Below, piece by piece: positions 12,402 to 22,610 of a DNA stretch of 64,000 nt; the first letter of the stretch is position 1, and each line of letters opens with the position of its first letter. This DNA comes from Candidatus Eiseniibacteriota bacterium. Its GTDB lineage: Bacteria; Eisenbacteria; RBG-16-71-46. The stretch spans positions 1 to 64,000 of the forward strand of contig CAVSAC010000017.1 in NCBI GenBank assembly GCA_963725865.1. Reading direction: 5' to 3'. Under the pieces are notes generated by a model that worked only from the letters and a program-made list of their open reading frames with translations, was not told the DNA's origin and did no database searches. The position numbers were made by a program, and so were the translations under genes.

Positions 12402-12510
12402 TCGTGGCGCCGTGATCGCGCTCGCCGTGCTGGTCGCCGTGGTCGCGGCGGTGATGGTGTTCGGCGGCCGGTTGGAGCACTGGCTGCTCCGCATGCACGG
12501 GATGCACTAG
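12394..12510 (+). CDS. 38-aa single-TM small protein
   Basis: [41 protein letters not shown] overlaps the permease end with GGAGG upstream. Too short for the ORF track. Confidence 0.6.
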   Translation: MRSRGAVIALAVLVAVVAAVMVFGGRLEHWLLRMHGMH

Positions 12511-12530
12511 TCCATCCACGAGGAGGGGAG

Positions 12531-13010
12531 ATGCCCTGGATCAGAATGGCAGCGGCCGCGCTGGCGCTGATGCTGGTCGCCGCCGCGGCGACGGCGGACT
12601 CGAAGCCCGCGCCCGGCCGGGCGGGTGGGCGCGCGGCGGCGCGCGCCGTCGATCGCGAGGGCTGGCCCCGGACCCGGGCCGGCGAGCTGGGCCGCCGATG
12701 GGTCACGGCGTTCTCGACCGGCGAGAAGGCGATGCGCGATTGCCTCACCGACATCATGGCGCCCGAGAGCCTCGCCAGGAAGGGGGTCCACGTGCGGGTG
12801 GAGCGCTATCGCGACCTGCGCGAGCGCTTCGGCACGCTGACGCTGGTCTCGGTCGACAAGTCCGAGCCGGGCAAGGTCGAGGTGACGCTGGCGGCCGCGG
12901 ACCTGTCTCCACACGAGTTCATCTTCACGGCCCAGACCGAGCCGCCGTTCAAGCTGCTCCAGGTCGCGATGCGCGAGCCGGGGCACTCGTTCCCGGGCTT
13001 CGGGCACTGA
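12531..13010 (+). CDS. Secreted hypothetical protein
   Basis: Strong RBS GAGGAGGGG, Ala-rich signal peptide, GC-typical codon usage. Confidence 0.75.
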   Translation: MPWIRMAAAALALMLVAAAATADSKPAPGRAGGRAAARAVDREGWPRTRAGELGRRWVTAFSTGEKAMRDCLTDIMAPESLARKGVHVRVERYRDLRERFGTLTLVSVDKSEPGKVEVTLAAADLSPHEFIFTAQTEPPFKLLQVAMREPGHSFPGFGH

Positions 13011-13032
13011 GGCGCGGGTCGGCCCGCGCGCC

Positions 13033-14409
13033 TCAGCGCCCGTCGTCGCCGGCCGCGGCCATCCCGAGGTCCACGTCGTCGACCTGGTCCAGGCGCAGCA
13101 GGTCCTGGTGGAGCGGCCTCCAGCCGCCGGCCAGCGCGGCGAACGCGAGGTCGTCCGCGGGGGGCAGGTCCTGGAGGAACACGAACGCGGCGCCGGCCAT
13201 GAACCGCGGCAACGCATCGCGGCCGTAGTGGGCGGAGCTGCGCGCCGTGCGCCGCGCCTCGAGCACCTGGCGCAGCGTGGTGCCCTCGCCGCACACGTCC
13301 TTCCAGCGCGTCTCGACCTGCGCCGCGCGCTCGGGCTGCGCGGCGCGCACCACGTCGGAGATCAGCGCGTAGTCGCCGAGGTCGCCCTCGGGGTTGAACG
13401 AGGTCCACACCACGCGCGCGCTGGTCGAGCGCTGGGTGCGCTGGTGGGCGAGCGTGGCGCCCTCCCGGGTCGCGATCACCTCGTAGTCCACGTCGACGGT
13501 CACGTTGCGGACGCGGGCGACGACCTCGACCGGCACGTTCACCCAGCGCGTGACCTGCTCGCCGTCGGCGTGCTTCTCGACCACGCGGCGCGCGATCACG
13601 TCGGTGAAGAGGTGCAGGCTGGTCTTGGAATCGACGGCGCCGATCGAGCCCCACACCACGCGCTGGGCGCCGGCCTTCTGGCCGATGCGGATCGCGTCGG
13701 CGCGCGACAGGCGGCCGAGCTCGGCCACGGTCATCTGCTCCTCGACCGCCGGGCTGCCGAGGATGCGCGTGAAGTGCGCCTCCGGCGGCGCCAGGTGCTG
13801 GGCCAGATCGTCGCGCCAGGACGAGGCGACTTCGCGCCCGAGCGCGGCGCTGCGCGACGCGCTGGAGAACGGGACCACGACCACGCGGTCGAGGGCCTTC
13901 TGGTACGCCTTGTCCGCCAGCCGGGCGGCGTCGCGGTATTCGAGCACGAAGCGCTGCGCCTCGGCGAAGTCGAGGTAGGCGCGCTTGGGGCGGCGCGCCG
14001 CGAGATCCGTGACGCCGTGCTGGTAATGGGTGCGCGCTGCGGCCTGGCGCAGCACCTGCTCCTCGCGCGACCACTCGGGGCTCACCGTGATCGCGGCGTA
14101 GCGCGCCGCGTCGACCCGGAACGAGCACAGCGCGAGCACCTGCTCGGCGGCGGCGACGCTGTCGGACTGCGTGAGCGCATGGATGCGCCGCTCCCAGTCG
14201 CGGGCCATGGAGTTCCCGGCCGCATTCGCCACCGCGCGGGCGCGGGCGTTGCCCGGATCCTTGTTGAGCGCCCGGATGGCCAGGTCCCAGGCGCGACCGT
14301 TCTCGCCGCTGGCGAGCCGCTCCTCACCGCGCTCGGCGAGCTTGGAGGGTCCGGCACAGCCGACGACGGTCACGAGCGCCAACGCGGTCAGCCCGAAGCG
14401 ACGGAGCAT
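13033..14409 (-). CDS. Putative lipoprotein with helical/TPR-like N-terminus
   Basis: MLRRFGLTALALVTVVGC lipobox; AAAGGGG RBS; 458-aa open frame. Confidence 0.78.
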   Translation of the reverse strand: MLRRFGLTALALVTVVGCAGPSKLAERGEERLASGENGRAWDLAIRALNKDPGNARARAVANAAGNSMARDWERRIHALTQSDSVAAAEQVLALCSFRVDAARYAAITVSPEWSREEQVLRQAAARTHYQHGVTDLAARRPKRAYLDFAEAQRFVLEYRDAARLADKAYQKALDRVVVVPFSSASRSAALGREVASSWRDDLAQHLAPPEAHFTRILGSPAVEEQMTVAELGRLSRADAIRIGQKAGAQRVVWGSIGAVDSKTSLHLFTDVIARRVVEKHADGEQVTRWVNVPVEVVARVRNVTVDVDYEVIATREGATLAHQRTQRSTSARVVWTSFNPEGDLGDYALISDVVRAAQPERAAQVETRWKDVCGEGTTLRQVLEARRTARSSAHYGRDALPRFMAGAAFVFLQDLPPADDLAFAALAGGWRPLHQDLLRLDQVDDVDLGMAAAGDDGR

Positions 14410-14591
14410 GGGTGAGTCCCCCTTTCATCCTGGGGTCATCGGCCCGACCGGGAGGGGACTTGACCGGGGCGCATCCCGCTCGTCCGCCCCCGGGGCACGG
14501 CTCGGGCACCGTCGCCCGGCGACCCCACGCCAGCGCCGTCCGGCGCTCCCCACCAGTTCCCACCTTGCGCTCGGTGCGGCATGATGCGCGC

Positions 14592-15479
14592 ATGAGCGAG
14601 ACCCCGCAGCGCCCGATCGACGTCGGCCTGGTCGGAGCCGGCCCCTGGGCCGAGAGGGCCTACGCGCCCATGCTCGCCGCCGGGCCCGAGACCCGGCTCG
14701 CGGCGGTGTGGTCGCGCCGCGGCCGAGGCGGCGCAGGCGCTCGCCGCGGCGCATGGCAGCGTGGCGGTGGAGTCGTTCGAGGCGCTGCTCGAGCGCTGCC
14801 AGGCGGTGGCCTTCGCGGTGCCGCCCGACGTGCAGGCCGAGCTCGCGATCCGGGCCGCGCGTGCGGGCCGGGCGCTGCTGCTCGACAAGCCCCTGGCCCT
14901 TGCGCTCGAGCCGGCGGAACGCCTGGCGCGCGCGGTCGAGGAGGCCGGCGTGGTCACGCAGCTCATGCTCACGCACAGGTTCCGCTCACGCACCGCGGGC
15001 TTCCTCGAGCAGGCGCGCGGCTGGGACGCGTTCGGGCGCGCCTCGCCTTCCTCAGCAGCGCGTTCCTCCGCGGGCCGTACGCCTGTGCGTGGCGCCGCGA
15101 GCACGGGGCGCTCCACGACCTGGGCCCCCACGCGTTCGACCTGCTCGACGCGGCGCTGGGGCCGATCGAGTCGATCGCCGGCCGCGGCGATCCGCGACGC
15201 TACGTGGCGCTGAGCTGTCGCCACGCCGGCGGCGCGGTGACCGACATCGCGATGTCGGGCGTGGTGCCGCGGGATCCCAGCGTGTTCCGTCTCGAGCTCT
15301 TCGGCCCCGGTGGCGCGCTCGAGTTCGATGGCGTCGCCGCGGCGGCCGAGGAGCCGTGGGCCGAGGCGAGGCGATGCTTCGCGGCCGCGTTCCGCGCCGG
15401 GAAGCCGTCCGCGCTCGACGTGCGCCGCGGCCTGATGCTGCAGCGGCTGATCGAGCAGGCGCTGCGCGCGCTGGCCTGA
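14592..15479 (+). CDS. Gfo/Idh/MocA family oxidoreductase, frameshifts near 14720 and 15040
   Basis: 'VGLVGAGPWA', 'ALLLDKPLAL', 'GALHDLGPHAFDLL'. Confidence 0.85.
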   Translation: MSETPQRPIDVGLVGAGPWAERAYAPMLAAGPETRLAAVWSRRGRGGAGARRGAWQRGGGVVRGAARALPGGGLRGAARRAGRARDPGRACGPGAAARQAPGPCARAGGTPGARGRGGRRGHAAHAHAQVPLTHRGLPRAGARLGRVRARLAFLSSAFLRGPYACAWRREHGALHDLGPHAFDLLDAALGPIESIAGRGDPRRYVALSCRHAGGAVTDIAMSGVVPRDPSVFRLELFGPGGALEFDGVAAAAEEPWAEARRCFAAAFRAGKPSALDVRRGLMLQRLIEQALRALA

Positions 15480-15714
15480 TGGGTCCGCGTCAGTGTCGCC
15501 GGCCGGGAGGCCGCGTCGCGGGGCCCGGTTGCCTCGGCGCCCGGTGGCGGTGGAATGCCCACCTTGCCCGGATGCCCTGGCCTGATCCGGCCCCAATGTG
15601 CTCGAGTGGGGATCTCGTTGTCGGAGGCTGGTGCCGCGGGTAGACTCACCCAGGTTCGCGTGGGAGTCCCACCCGCACTGCGCGGACCTGCGAGTTCCAT
15701 CCTCTGAGGTCCTC

Positions 15715-18027
15715 GTGCCCAGCCTGGCAGCGCCACCGTCGCCGGACGCGACTCATCGCCGAACCCTCCGCACCGCCCGGCCCTTGGGCAATGTGTTCCG
15801 GGGCCTTCCGCTCGCGCTCCTCGGGCTGACCCTCGTGGCATCGGCGTCACCGGCGGACGCCCTGCCCGCGCATCCACCGGCCGACGCGAGCATGACCGTC
15901 CGTGCACTCTCCACCGCGCGAGGGGATCTCGCCCCGAGCGAAGCGCAGATTCGCGAGCTGCGCCTGCGACTGGGTCGATGGCGCGGCTTCCCGGACGTCC
16001 TCGCTCCCGCGGGCATGTCGCCGGGTGGCTCGAGATCCGATGCGCGAGGAGCGCCACCCCGCCTGCATGGCCTGCGCAGCGCCGCTGCAGTCGCGGTGCC
16101 GGAGACGATCCGGGTCGCGCTGCTGCGCGTCGACTTCCGCACCGACCGCGGCGGCGGCCTTTCGACGGGAGACGGCCACTTCGATCTTGGTGCTCCCGAT
16201 CCTCTCGCTCCGCCGATCGATCGCCCACCGCACGACCGTGCCTTCTACCTCAGCCACCTCGAGGCCCTGAGCCGCTACTACGACGCGCAATCGCAGGGGC
16301 ATCACGTCGTCATCGGCGAGGTGTGGCCCCTGACGCCGAACGGCGCGTACTCGCTCGGCGACATGGCGGACTTCGGACCGTGGGCCCCGGGCGGCGGTCT
16401 GCATGCGGCCGCGGTGCGCCTGTTCCGCGCCGCGCTGTTCGCCGCGGACTCCCAGTCGATCGCGCTGGGCGATCGCATCCCCTGGGACCACTACGACCGA
16501 TTCGACATCATCCACGCCGGCAGCGACCTGCAGAGCGACCTGAGCCAGGACAGTCCCGAGGACATCCCGACGCTCACGCTCGTCGCCGCGGGGGAGGACG
16601 CGGTGGTCTTCCCCGATTCGGCCAACCGGCCGATCGACCAGATCTCGTTCATCCCCGAGTCGGCAAGCCAGGACGGCTTCTACGCCGCGCTCAACGGCGT
16701 CGTCGCGCACGAGAACGGGCACAACCTGTTCGGTCTCGGTGACGTCGACGACGCCGCGAGCGGGCGCACGGTGGCGGGCTACTGGAGCCTGATGGACGCC
16801 GGCGGGTCGGTGGGCGCGATCGTCCAGTCTTCGGGTGGAGACCTCTTCTTCGCGACCGGACTGCTGCCACCCGGCGTGGACCCGCTCCAGCGGCAGTCCA
16901 TCATGCCCACCGCGGCGACCGAGGCGGCGCTGGGGGACACCCTGGTCCTGCGCGCCATCGAGCGGAACGACGACATCCGCCGCGTGACGATGTCGAGCGA
17001 CGAGTACCTGCTGCTCGAGAACCGCTTCCTGACGCCGTCCGACTCGGTGACGCTCGACGTGGATCCGGTGACCCACGTCATCCTCGGGCCGAAGACGCCG
17101 GATCGCTTCGAGTACGACGCCCTGCTGCCCGGCGGCGGCGTCCTGATCTGGCACGTCGACGCTGCGGTGATCCAGGCGGAGGGCGCGATCAACGCCGACT
17201 CGACGCGGCGCGGGCTCGAGGTCCTGGAAGGGGACGGGCTGCAGGACCTGGGTGATCCGGCTTCCCCCTACGCACTGGGGGCGCCGACCGATCCGTGGTA
17301 CGTGGGGAACGCGACGATCCTCGATGACGCGTCCGCGCCGGCGCTGCGCACCCATGCCGGCGTCGATCCACACCGGGGCGTCAAGGTGCTGGATCCGCCG
17401 CTCGCCGCGATGCGCGTGCTGGTGGCGGGGGCGCCGCAGGTGACGGTGCTGTTCCCGAACGGCGGCGAGAGCCTGGTCGCCGACGGCGACGTGATGCTGG
17501 TGTGGAACGCCTCCGGCATGTTCGCCATCGTCTCGGTCGAGCTCGAGATCTCGCGCGATCACGGCGGCACCTGGGAGACGATCGCCGCGAGCACGCCCAA
17601 CACCGGTGGCTACGTGTGGCACGTGACGCGCCCGGGAACGCCCGCGGGCGCGGCGCTGCTGCGCGTGACGGCGACCGATGCCGCCGGATTCCACGGCAAC
17701 GACCGGAGCGATGGCGGGTTCGCCGTCCAGGCGACCAACTCGGTCGGGCAGGCCGGGGTGGAGCTCGCGCTCGGGACGATCGGGCCGAATCCCGCGGGCA
17801 GCGCGCCGGTGCGGATCGGCTACTCGGTGGGTCGCGAGACGGCGGTACGGCTCTCGGTCCTCGACGTCCAGGGGCGCGTGCGCGCCGTGCTGGTGGATGG
17901 CGTCCTGCGACCCGGCCGCTACGAGGCCCGTTGGGACCATGGCGCCGAGGCGCCCGCGGGACTGTACTTCGTCGCCTTCCAGGCGTCGGGCCGGACCTGC
18001 GCCCGCCGGGTGGTGGTGACGCACTGA
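15715..18027 (+). CDS. M6 (immune inhibitor A-like) metalloprotease with C-terminal T9SS-A/FlgD-like domain
   Basis: 'IIHAG', zinc motif HENGHNLFGL, 'WSLMDAG', 'EYLLLENR', 'GVLIWHVD'; CTD 'GPNP...LDVQGR...GLYF...RRVVVTH'. Start uncertain (15715 or 15793). Confidence 0.85.
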   Translation: MPSLAAPPSPDATHRRTLRTARPLGNVFRGLPLALLGLTLVASASPADALPAHPPADASMTVRALSTARGDLAPSEAQIRELRLRLGRWRGFPDVLAPAGMSPGGSRSDARGAPPRLHGLRSAAAVAVPETIRVALLRVDFRTDRGGGLSTGDGHFDLGAPDPLAPPIDRPPHDRAFYLSHLEALSRYYDAQSQGHHVVIGEVWPLTPNGAYSLGDMADFGPWAPGGGLHAAAVRLFRAALFAADSQSIALGDRIPWDHYDRFDIIHAGSDLQSDLSQDSPEDIPTLTLVAAGEDAVVFPDSANRPIDQISFIPESASQDGFYAALNGVVAHENGHNLFGLGDVDDAASGRTVAGYWSLMDAGGSVGAIVQSSGGDLFFATGLLPPGVDPLQRQSIMPTAATEAALGDTLVLRAIERNDDIRRVTMSSDEYLLLENRFLTPSDSVTLDVDPVTHVILGPKTPDRFEYDALLPGGGVLIWHVDAAVIQAEGAINADSTRRGLEVLEGDGLQDLGDPASPYALGAPTDPWYVGNATILDDASAPALRTHAGVDPHRGVKVLDPPLAAMRVLVAGAPQVTVLFPNGGESLVADGDVMLVWNASGMFAIVSVELEISRDHGGTWETIAASTPNTGGYVWHVTRPGTPAGAALLRVTATDAAGFHGNDRSDGGFAVQATNSVGQAGVELALGTIGPNPAGSAPVRIGYSVGRETAVRLSVLDVQGRVRAVLVDGVLRPGRYEARWDHGAEAPAGLYFVAFQASGRTCARRVVVTH

Positions 18028-18102
18028 GCGGCGTCCAGGGCGCAGGGCGCCATGCCGGTGAGGAGGCCACGGCCGCTGCTCGGGTCGCGGCGCCCGGCGG
18101 CC

Positions 18103-21100
18103 TCAGTTGCCGGTGGCGGTGAACGCCGCCCAGTAGAAGGGGTGGGTGCCGCGGCCCGCGCGCCGGCGCTGCTCGAGCACCGCGCGGCTCGCGGCGGTCA
18201 TCGCGTGCGCCGCGCCGAGGCCGGCGCCGGAGCGCGCCGCGTAGAGCGCGCGCATCCACTCGCGCGTGGATTCGTCGGCGATCGACCACTGGCTGGCGAT
18301 CACCGCGCGCGCGCCCGGCGAGGCGGAACGCGCGGCGCATGCCGGCCGAACCCTCGAGCGGCCACTGCCGCCCGACGCCCGACTGGCAGGCCGAGAGCAC
18401 GACCCAGTCCACGTCCGAGAGGTCGAGCGTGACCACCTCGTCGGCCGTGAGCAGCCCGTCGTCGTCGTCCGCCGCGCCGGCGCGCGCGCGGTTCGCGCCG
18501 GCGAGCGCCAGCCACACGCGCCGGCCGCTCCACGGGGTCGGGCCGGCGCGCGTCGTGCGCCGTCGCGACCGTCGGCTCTTGCGCGCCGCCGCCGCGGGCC
18601 GTGCCGCCTTCCTCGCGCCGCCCGCGGGCAGCGGGCTCACGCCGCCGACGCCGCGCGTGCCCTCGTAGACGGGCGCGCAGCTGTCGCCCCACACGATGCC
18701 GTGCGTCGCGAGGTGCAGCACGGCGCGGCCCGGGGCGGCGGTCTTGAAGGCCCGCTCGGTGCCGGCGGCGCCGACCAGTCGCGTGAGCGGGTCGCCCGGA
18801 TGGCTCGCGGCCCAGTCGCGCGCGATGTCCTCGACCTCGGCGCGCGCGCCGGGAAGCGGCCCGAGGGAGATCGAGGACCGCCCGGCGCAGTCGGCGCCAG
18901 GCCGCGCCAGCGCCTCGGCGTCCGCGGCGGGCGGCGGGATGGTCGGGGCTGCCGAAGTCCGGGTCGCCGAGCGCCAGCAGACCGCGGCCCTCGCGCGCGG
19001 GCGAGGCGAGCAGCTCGCGCTCGGCGCCCGGCGTGCGCACCTCGACGCCCGACTCGACGAGGTAGCGCCCGTCCGCAGCGGGCAGCGCCTGCCACGGCAG
19101 GTCGGCGAGGTCGCCGTCGCCGACCACCACGACGTTCCTGGCGCCGGCGATGCGCGCCGCCCAGCGGTCTCACGTGCTCGCGCTCACGCCGGCGCCGAGG
19201 CCGGCAGGCACGTTCTGCTCGCGCTCGCGGCCCGGCGCGGGCGGCGCCGAGAGCGCGACGCGCCACCGGTCGATCCCGGCGAGCAGTCCGCGCGCCGGCC
19301 CGAGATCCGGCGCCGAGCGGGCCCGCGGGGCCGAGCGTCGCGAAGGCGACGTAGCGCGCCGTGTCGCTGCGCGCATCGACCGTGACCAGCGAGACCAGCG
19401 CCTGGTCGGCCGCGAGCGCGCGCGCACGCGCGCGAGGTCCACTGCATGGTGTCGCGCGCGAAGCCGCGGGTGGCCGCGAGCGCGGCGTAGTGCCGCTCCG
19501 CCGCCTCGGTCGCCGCGCGGGCGAGCGCCAGCGCTCCGCCGGGGCCCGCGCCCGCCTCGGCCACCTCGAGCTGCGCCGTGCGGCGCACCGCGCGCACCCA
19601 CCGCGCGTGCGCGCCCGCCAGCGCGGTGTCGGGCGTGGCCGCGTGCGGGGGCCGGCGCAGCGCCAGCTCGGAGGTCACGAGGCCGCGCCAGCGCACGACG
19701 CGATCCCACGCCGTGGCGATGGCCGCCTCGCCACCGCGATCCGAGAGCGCGACCAGCAGGTCGAGGGCATCGCTCAGCTCGCCCGCCAGCTGGAGCGCCC
19801 GGTGGTCGGGCAGCGCGCGCACGTTGCGGAGCAGCCGCGCGCGCTCGTCTTCCTCGCTCACCAGCGCGAGCCGCCACGCTTCGTCGCGACGTCCGCGCCA
19901 GCGCTCGGCCCGGGCCCGGATGCGCGCGTAGTCCGAGTAGCAGACCCCCTCGGTCTTCGCGGCCTCCTCGAAGCGCTCCTCCATCCGACCGAGGGTGCTG
20001 TCGAGCCCGACCGGATCGAAGCCGGCCATCTGGGCCGCGGCCAGCGCGGCCATGAGCTGGAGCACCACGTCGGGCAGGGGGCGGCTCGACGCGAGCTCGC
20101 GCGCCAGGCCTTCCGCGACCGCGCGCCGCGCGCCCGCCAGGTCCCCGCGGCGACCAGCACGCGCGGTAGGCCTCGATCTGGTTCGCGATGTGGGTCGTGT
20201 CGAGCGGCCTCCCGAGCAGGTCGCGCGTGCGCGCCAGGTGCCTCGCCGCCGCGGTGGTGTCGCCCATCTCCAGGGCGCACTCGCCGGCGAGGTAACGCAT
20301 GAACTCGGTGCGACCGTTGCCGGCGCCGAAGGCGGTCTCGGCCCGCGGCAGCACGGTCGAGGACCGCGTAGGCGCCGGCGAAGTCGCCGAAATCGTAGAG
20401 TCGCAGGCCGATGTTGAAGAGCGGCGGGATGACCAGCGGGGAGTCCGGGCCGTCAGGCCTTCGCGCAGGACGTCGCGATCTGCGCTCGATCGTCTCGATC
20501 GAGCGCGCGATGTCGCCGGCGTGCGATTGCACGTTGGCGAGCTCGGCGAGCGGTCCGCTGATCGGGGCGGCGTCGGGTCCCAGGGTGCGCTCGAAGATCC
20601 CGATCGACTTCTCCAGCAGGGGAGTCGCCTCGTCGAGCCGGTTCGAGCGGCCGTAGATGGCGCCGATCTGCGCCAGCGCGTCGGCCACGCCCGGGTGATC
20701 CGGGCCCCAGAGCCGCTCGCGGATCACCAGCGCCGAGTCGTAGGCGGCGATCGCCTGCTCGTAGCGGTCGGCGCGCCGGTGGGCCCACCCGGTCGAGATC
20801 CACAGCACCGAGAGCATCGAATCCGCCGCCGGACCCGACCGGTGGCACAGCGCGCGCCCGCGCTCGAGGACGGCCACGGCCGAGTCGGCCTCGTCCTGCT
20901 CGGTGAGCACGGTGCCGAGCGCGTCGCTGGCGTCGATCCACCGCGTGGTGTCGGGGTGCGCGAGCCGCTGCTGGATGCGCACGCTGCGGGCGAGGTAGGA
21001 GGCCGCCAGGGTGTCCGCGAGCAGGCCGCGCTTGAGGCGCGACCGCCCGCGGTCGTTCAGCGCCCGTGCCGTCGCGCTCGAATCCGCCGGTCGCTGGCGC

Positions 21101-21294
21101 TCGGCCCGCTCCAGGGCCAGCGCCGCCACGCTGTCCGCCGCCGCCCAGCGGCGCGCGTCGAGCAGGGTGCGGGACTGATCGAGCCAGGCCTGAATCTGTG
21201 GATCCGCGGCCGCGGCTCCCGCGAGTCGCGGAAGCGCGCCGAGCACGGCGAGCGCGAGGGCTGCCGAACGGATGGAGGACAGGGGACGGGCCAT
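18103..21294 (-). CDS. Secreted TPR-repeat + CHAT (caspase-like) domain protein, multiple frameshifts
   Basis: Signal peptide from ATG 21294; kinesin-light-chain-like TPRs 'WGPDHPGVA'; CHAT catalytic 'LHLATHG' and 'VVLSACQSG'; C-terminal 'HPFYWAAF'. Confidence 0.87.
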
Positions 21295-21477
21295 CGGGAC
21301 CTCGTGGGGGTGAGGCTGCCGGGGCGAGCCTAGCACCGCGCGATACCCGTGCTCACCCCTCATCTGCCGGTGGCGGCACCCCTGCTCTTCCCCGTGCCTG
21401 CGGGCCGGTCCGACGCCCGGGCCGCGGCGTGCCCCCCCAGGTCCGCCGGGGGTGGGCATGCGCCCGAAAACGCTCGA

Positions 21478-21501
21478 GGCGGCATCCTTGCGGACGCCGC
21501 C
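21478..21501 (-). terminator. Intrinsic terminator downstream of csp copy 1
   Basis: GGCGGCGTCC-GCAA-GGATGCCGCC hairpin followed shortly by TTTT on the minus strand. Confidence 0.7.
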
Positions 21502-21531
21502 CCATGTGCGCGAGGTGGTACCTCGTGCGAG

Positions 21532-21735
21532 CTAGGCCTTGCGGACGTTCGCCGCCTGCAGCCCCTTCGGACCGCGGGTCACGTCGAACTCCAGCGCCTC
21601 ACCCTCGGCGAGCGTCTTGAAACCGTCGCCAGCGATGGCCGAGAAGTGAACGAACACGTCCTCGCCGCCGTCCGCCTGGGTGATGAAACCAAAGCCCTTC
21701 GCCTCGTTGAACCACTTCACGGTGCCACTAGCCAC
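21532..21735 (-). CDS. cspA: Cold-shock protein (CspA family), copy 1
   Basis: RNP1 KGFGFI, RNP2 VFVHF, 67 aa; GTG start with AGGAG RBS. Confidence 0.97.
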   Translation of the reverse strand: MASGTVKWFNEAKGFGFITQADGGEDVFVHFSAIAGDGFKTLAEGEALEFDVTRGPKGLQAANVRKA

Positions 21736-21920
21736 TTGAAACTCCTGTTGTATCCGGGTCCGAAGACCCGCACTTGCCGCGATATCACGCCGCGGCCGCG
21801 TCCGGTCGCTGTGACCGTTGCCTCGATCGATGGAGAATGGCCGTCCAACAAAAAGCCGCCAGAAGAGTCTCTGGCGGATCTGAACGTCGACGACTCATCC
21901 ACACACAACCGAAGACGAAC
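21736..21920 (-). promoter_or_regulatory. Long structured 5' leader of csp copy 1 (putative attenuator)
   Basis: Conserved in copy 2; contains CCGCCAGA...TCTGGCGG + CTTTTTGTT (21846-21877) and a GGGTC-TTCG-GACCC hairpin (21756-21769). Confidence 0.65.
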
Positions 21921-22035
21921 GCAGTATCGGGTACGGAGGGGCGGAAAGACAGTCAATTCGGCGTGAGGCCCCGGAGGCTAGGGCCGGGGCGGATTCCCCA
22001 ATGAAAGCGCACTTTCCGCCGCGCAGGACAGCCAC

Positions 22036-22515
22036 TTACCCGGGGCCGAGCGCCCCTCCGCTTGCCGGAGCGAGTCGTGCGCGAGGCGAAGGAAGTGCCC
22101 GTGACGCTCGCGGCCTGACGCCCTCCGGTTGATGGAGCACCACGTCGATCCGGAACCGGCGCGTCCCCGCTGGCACCTCCCACTCGACCACGTCGCCCTC
22201 GCGATAACCGAGGATGGCGGTGCCGATCGGCGCGAGCACGGACAGGCGGCCGGCCTCGTGGTCGGCATCCTCCGGATAGACGAGGGTGTAGACCATCGAT
22301 TCTCCGGTCTCCTCGTCGCGCAATCTCACGCGGCTGCGCATCGTCACGACGCGCGGATCCACCTCGGCCGCCGCCACGATGTGCGCGCGGTCCAATTCGC
22401 GGCGCAGCGGCTCCAGCGTGCGCCGATCGGGCCCACGCCGGGCGGCCAGGCTCGCGATCAACTCCCGCAGGCGCTGGGCGTCCTGCTCGGTCACTTCGAT
22501 CCGGTCGTCGGTCAT
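22036..22515 (-). CDS. rnk: Nucleoside diphosphate kinase regulator (GreA/GreB family)
   Basis: 'ELDRAHIV...VVTMRSRV', 'YTLVYPEDAD...RLSVLAPIGTAILGYREGDVVEW.VPAG', 'HQPE'. Confidence 0.9.
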   Translation of the reverse strand: MTDDRIEVTEQDAQRLRELIASLAARRGPDRRTLEPLRRELDRAHIVAAAEVDPRVVTMRSRVRLRDEETGESMVYTLVYPEDADHEAGRLSVLAPIGTAILGYREGDVVEWEVPAGTRRFRIDVVLHQPEGVRPRASRALPSPRARLAPASGGALGPG

Positions 22516-22610
22516 GGCTCACATCCTCGTGGAGTTGGAAACGCGAGTGGTTCCAGCGATCAGGCGGATCGCATCCGCATCAGGCCAGCAGCCGTCCGGG
22601 CTGCCCGATC

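Noticed and set aside
18103..21294. Craspase-like CRISPR-associated TPR-CHAT
   Set aside because: No cas genes or array, and the protein has a signal peptide.
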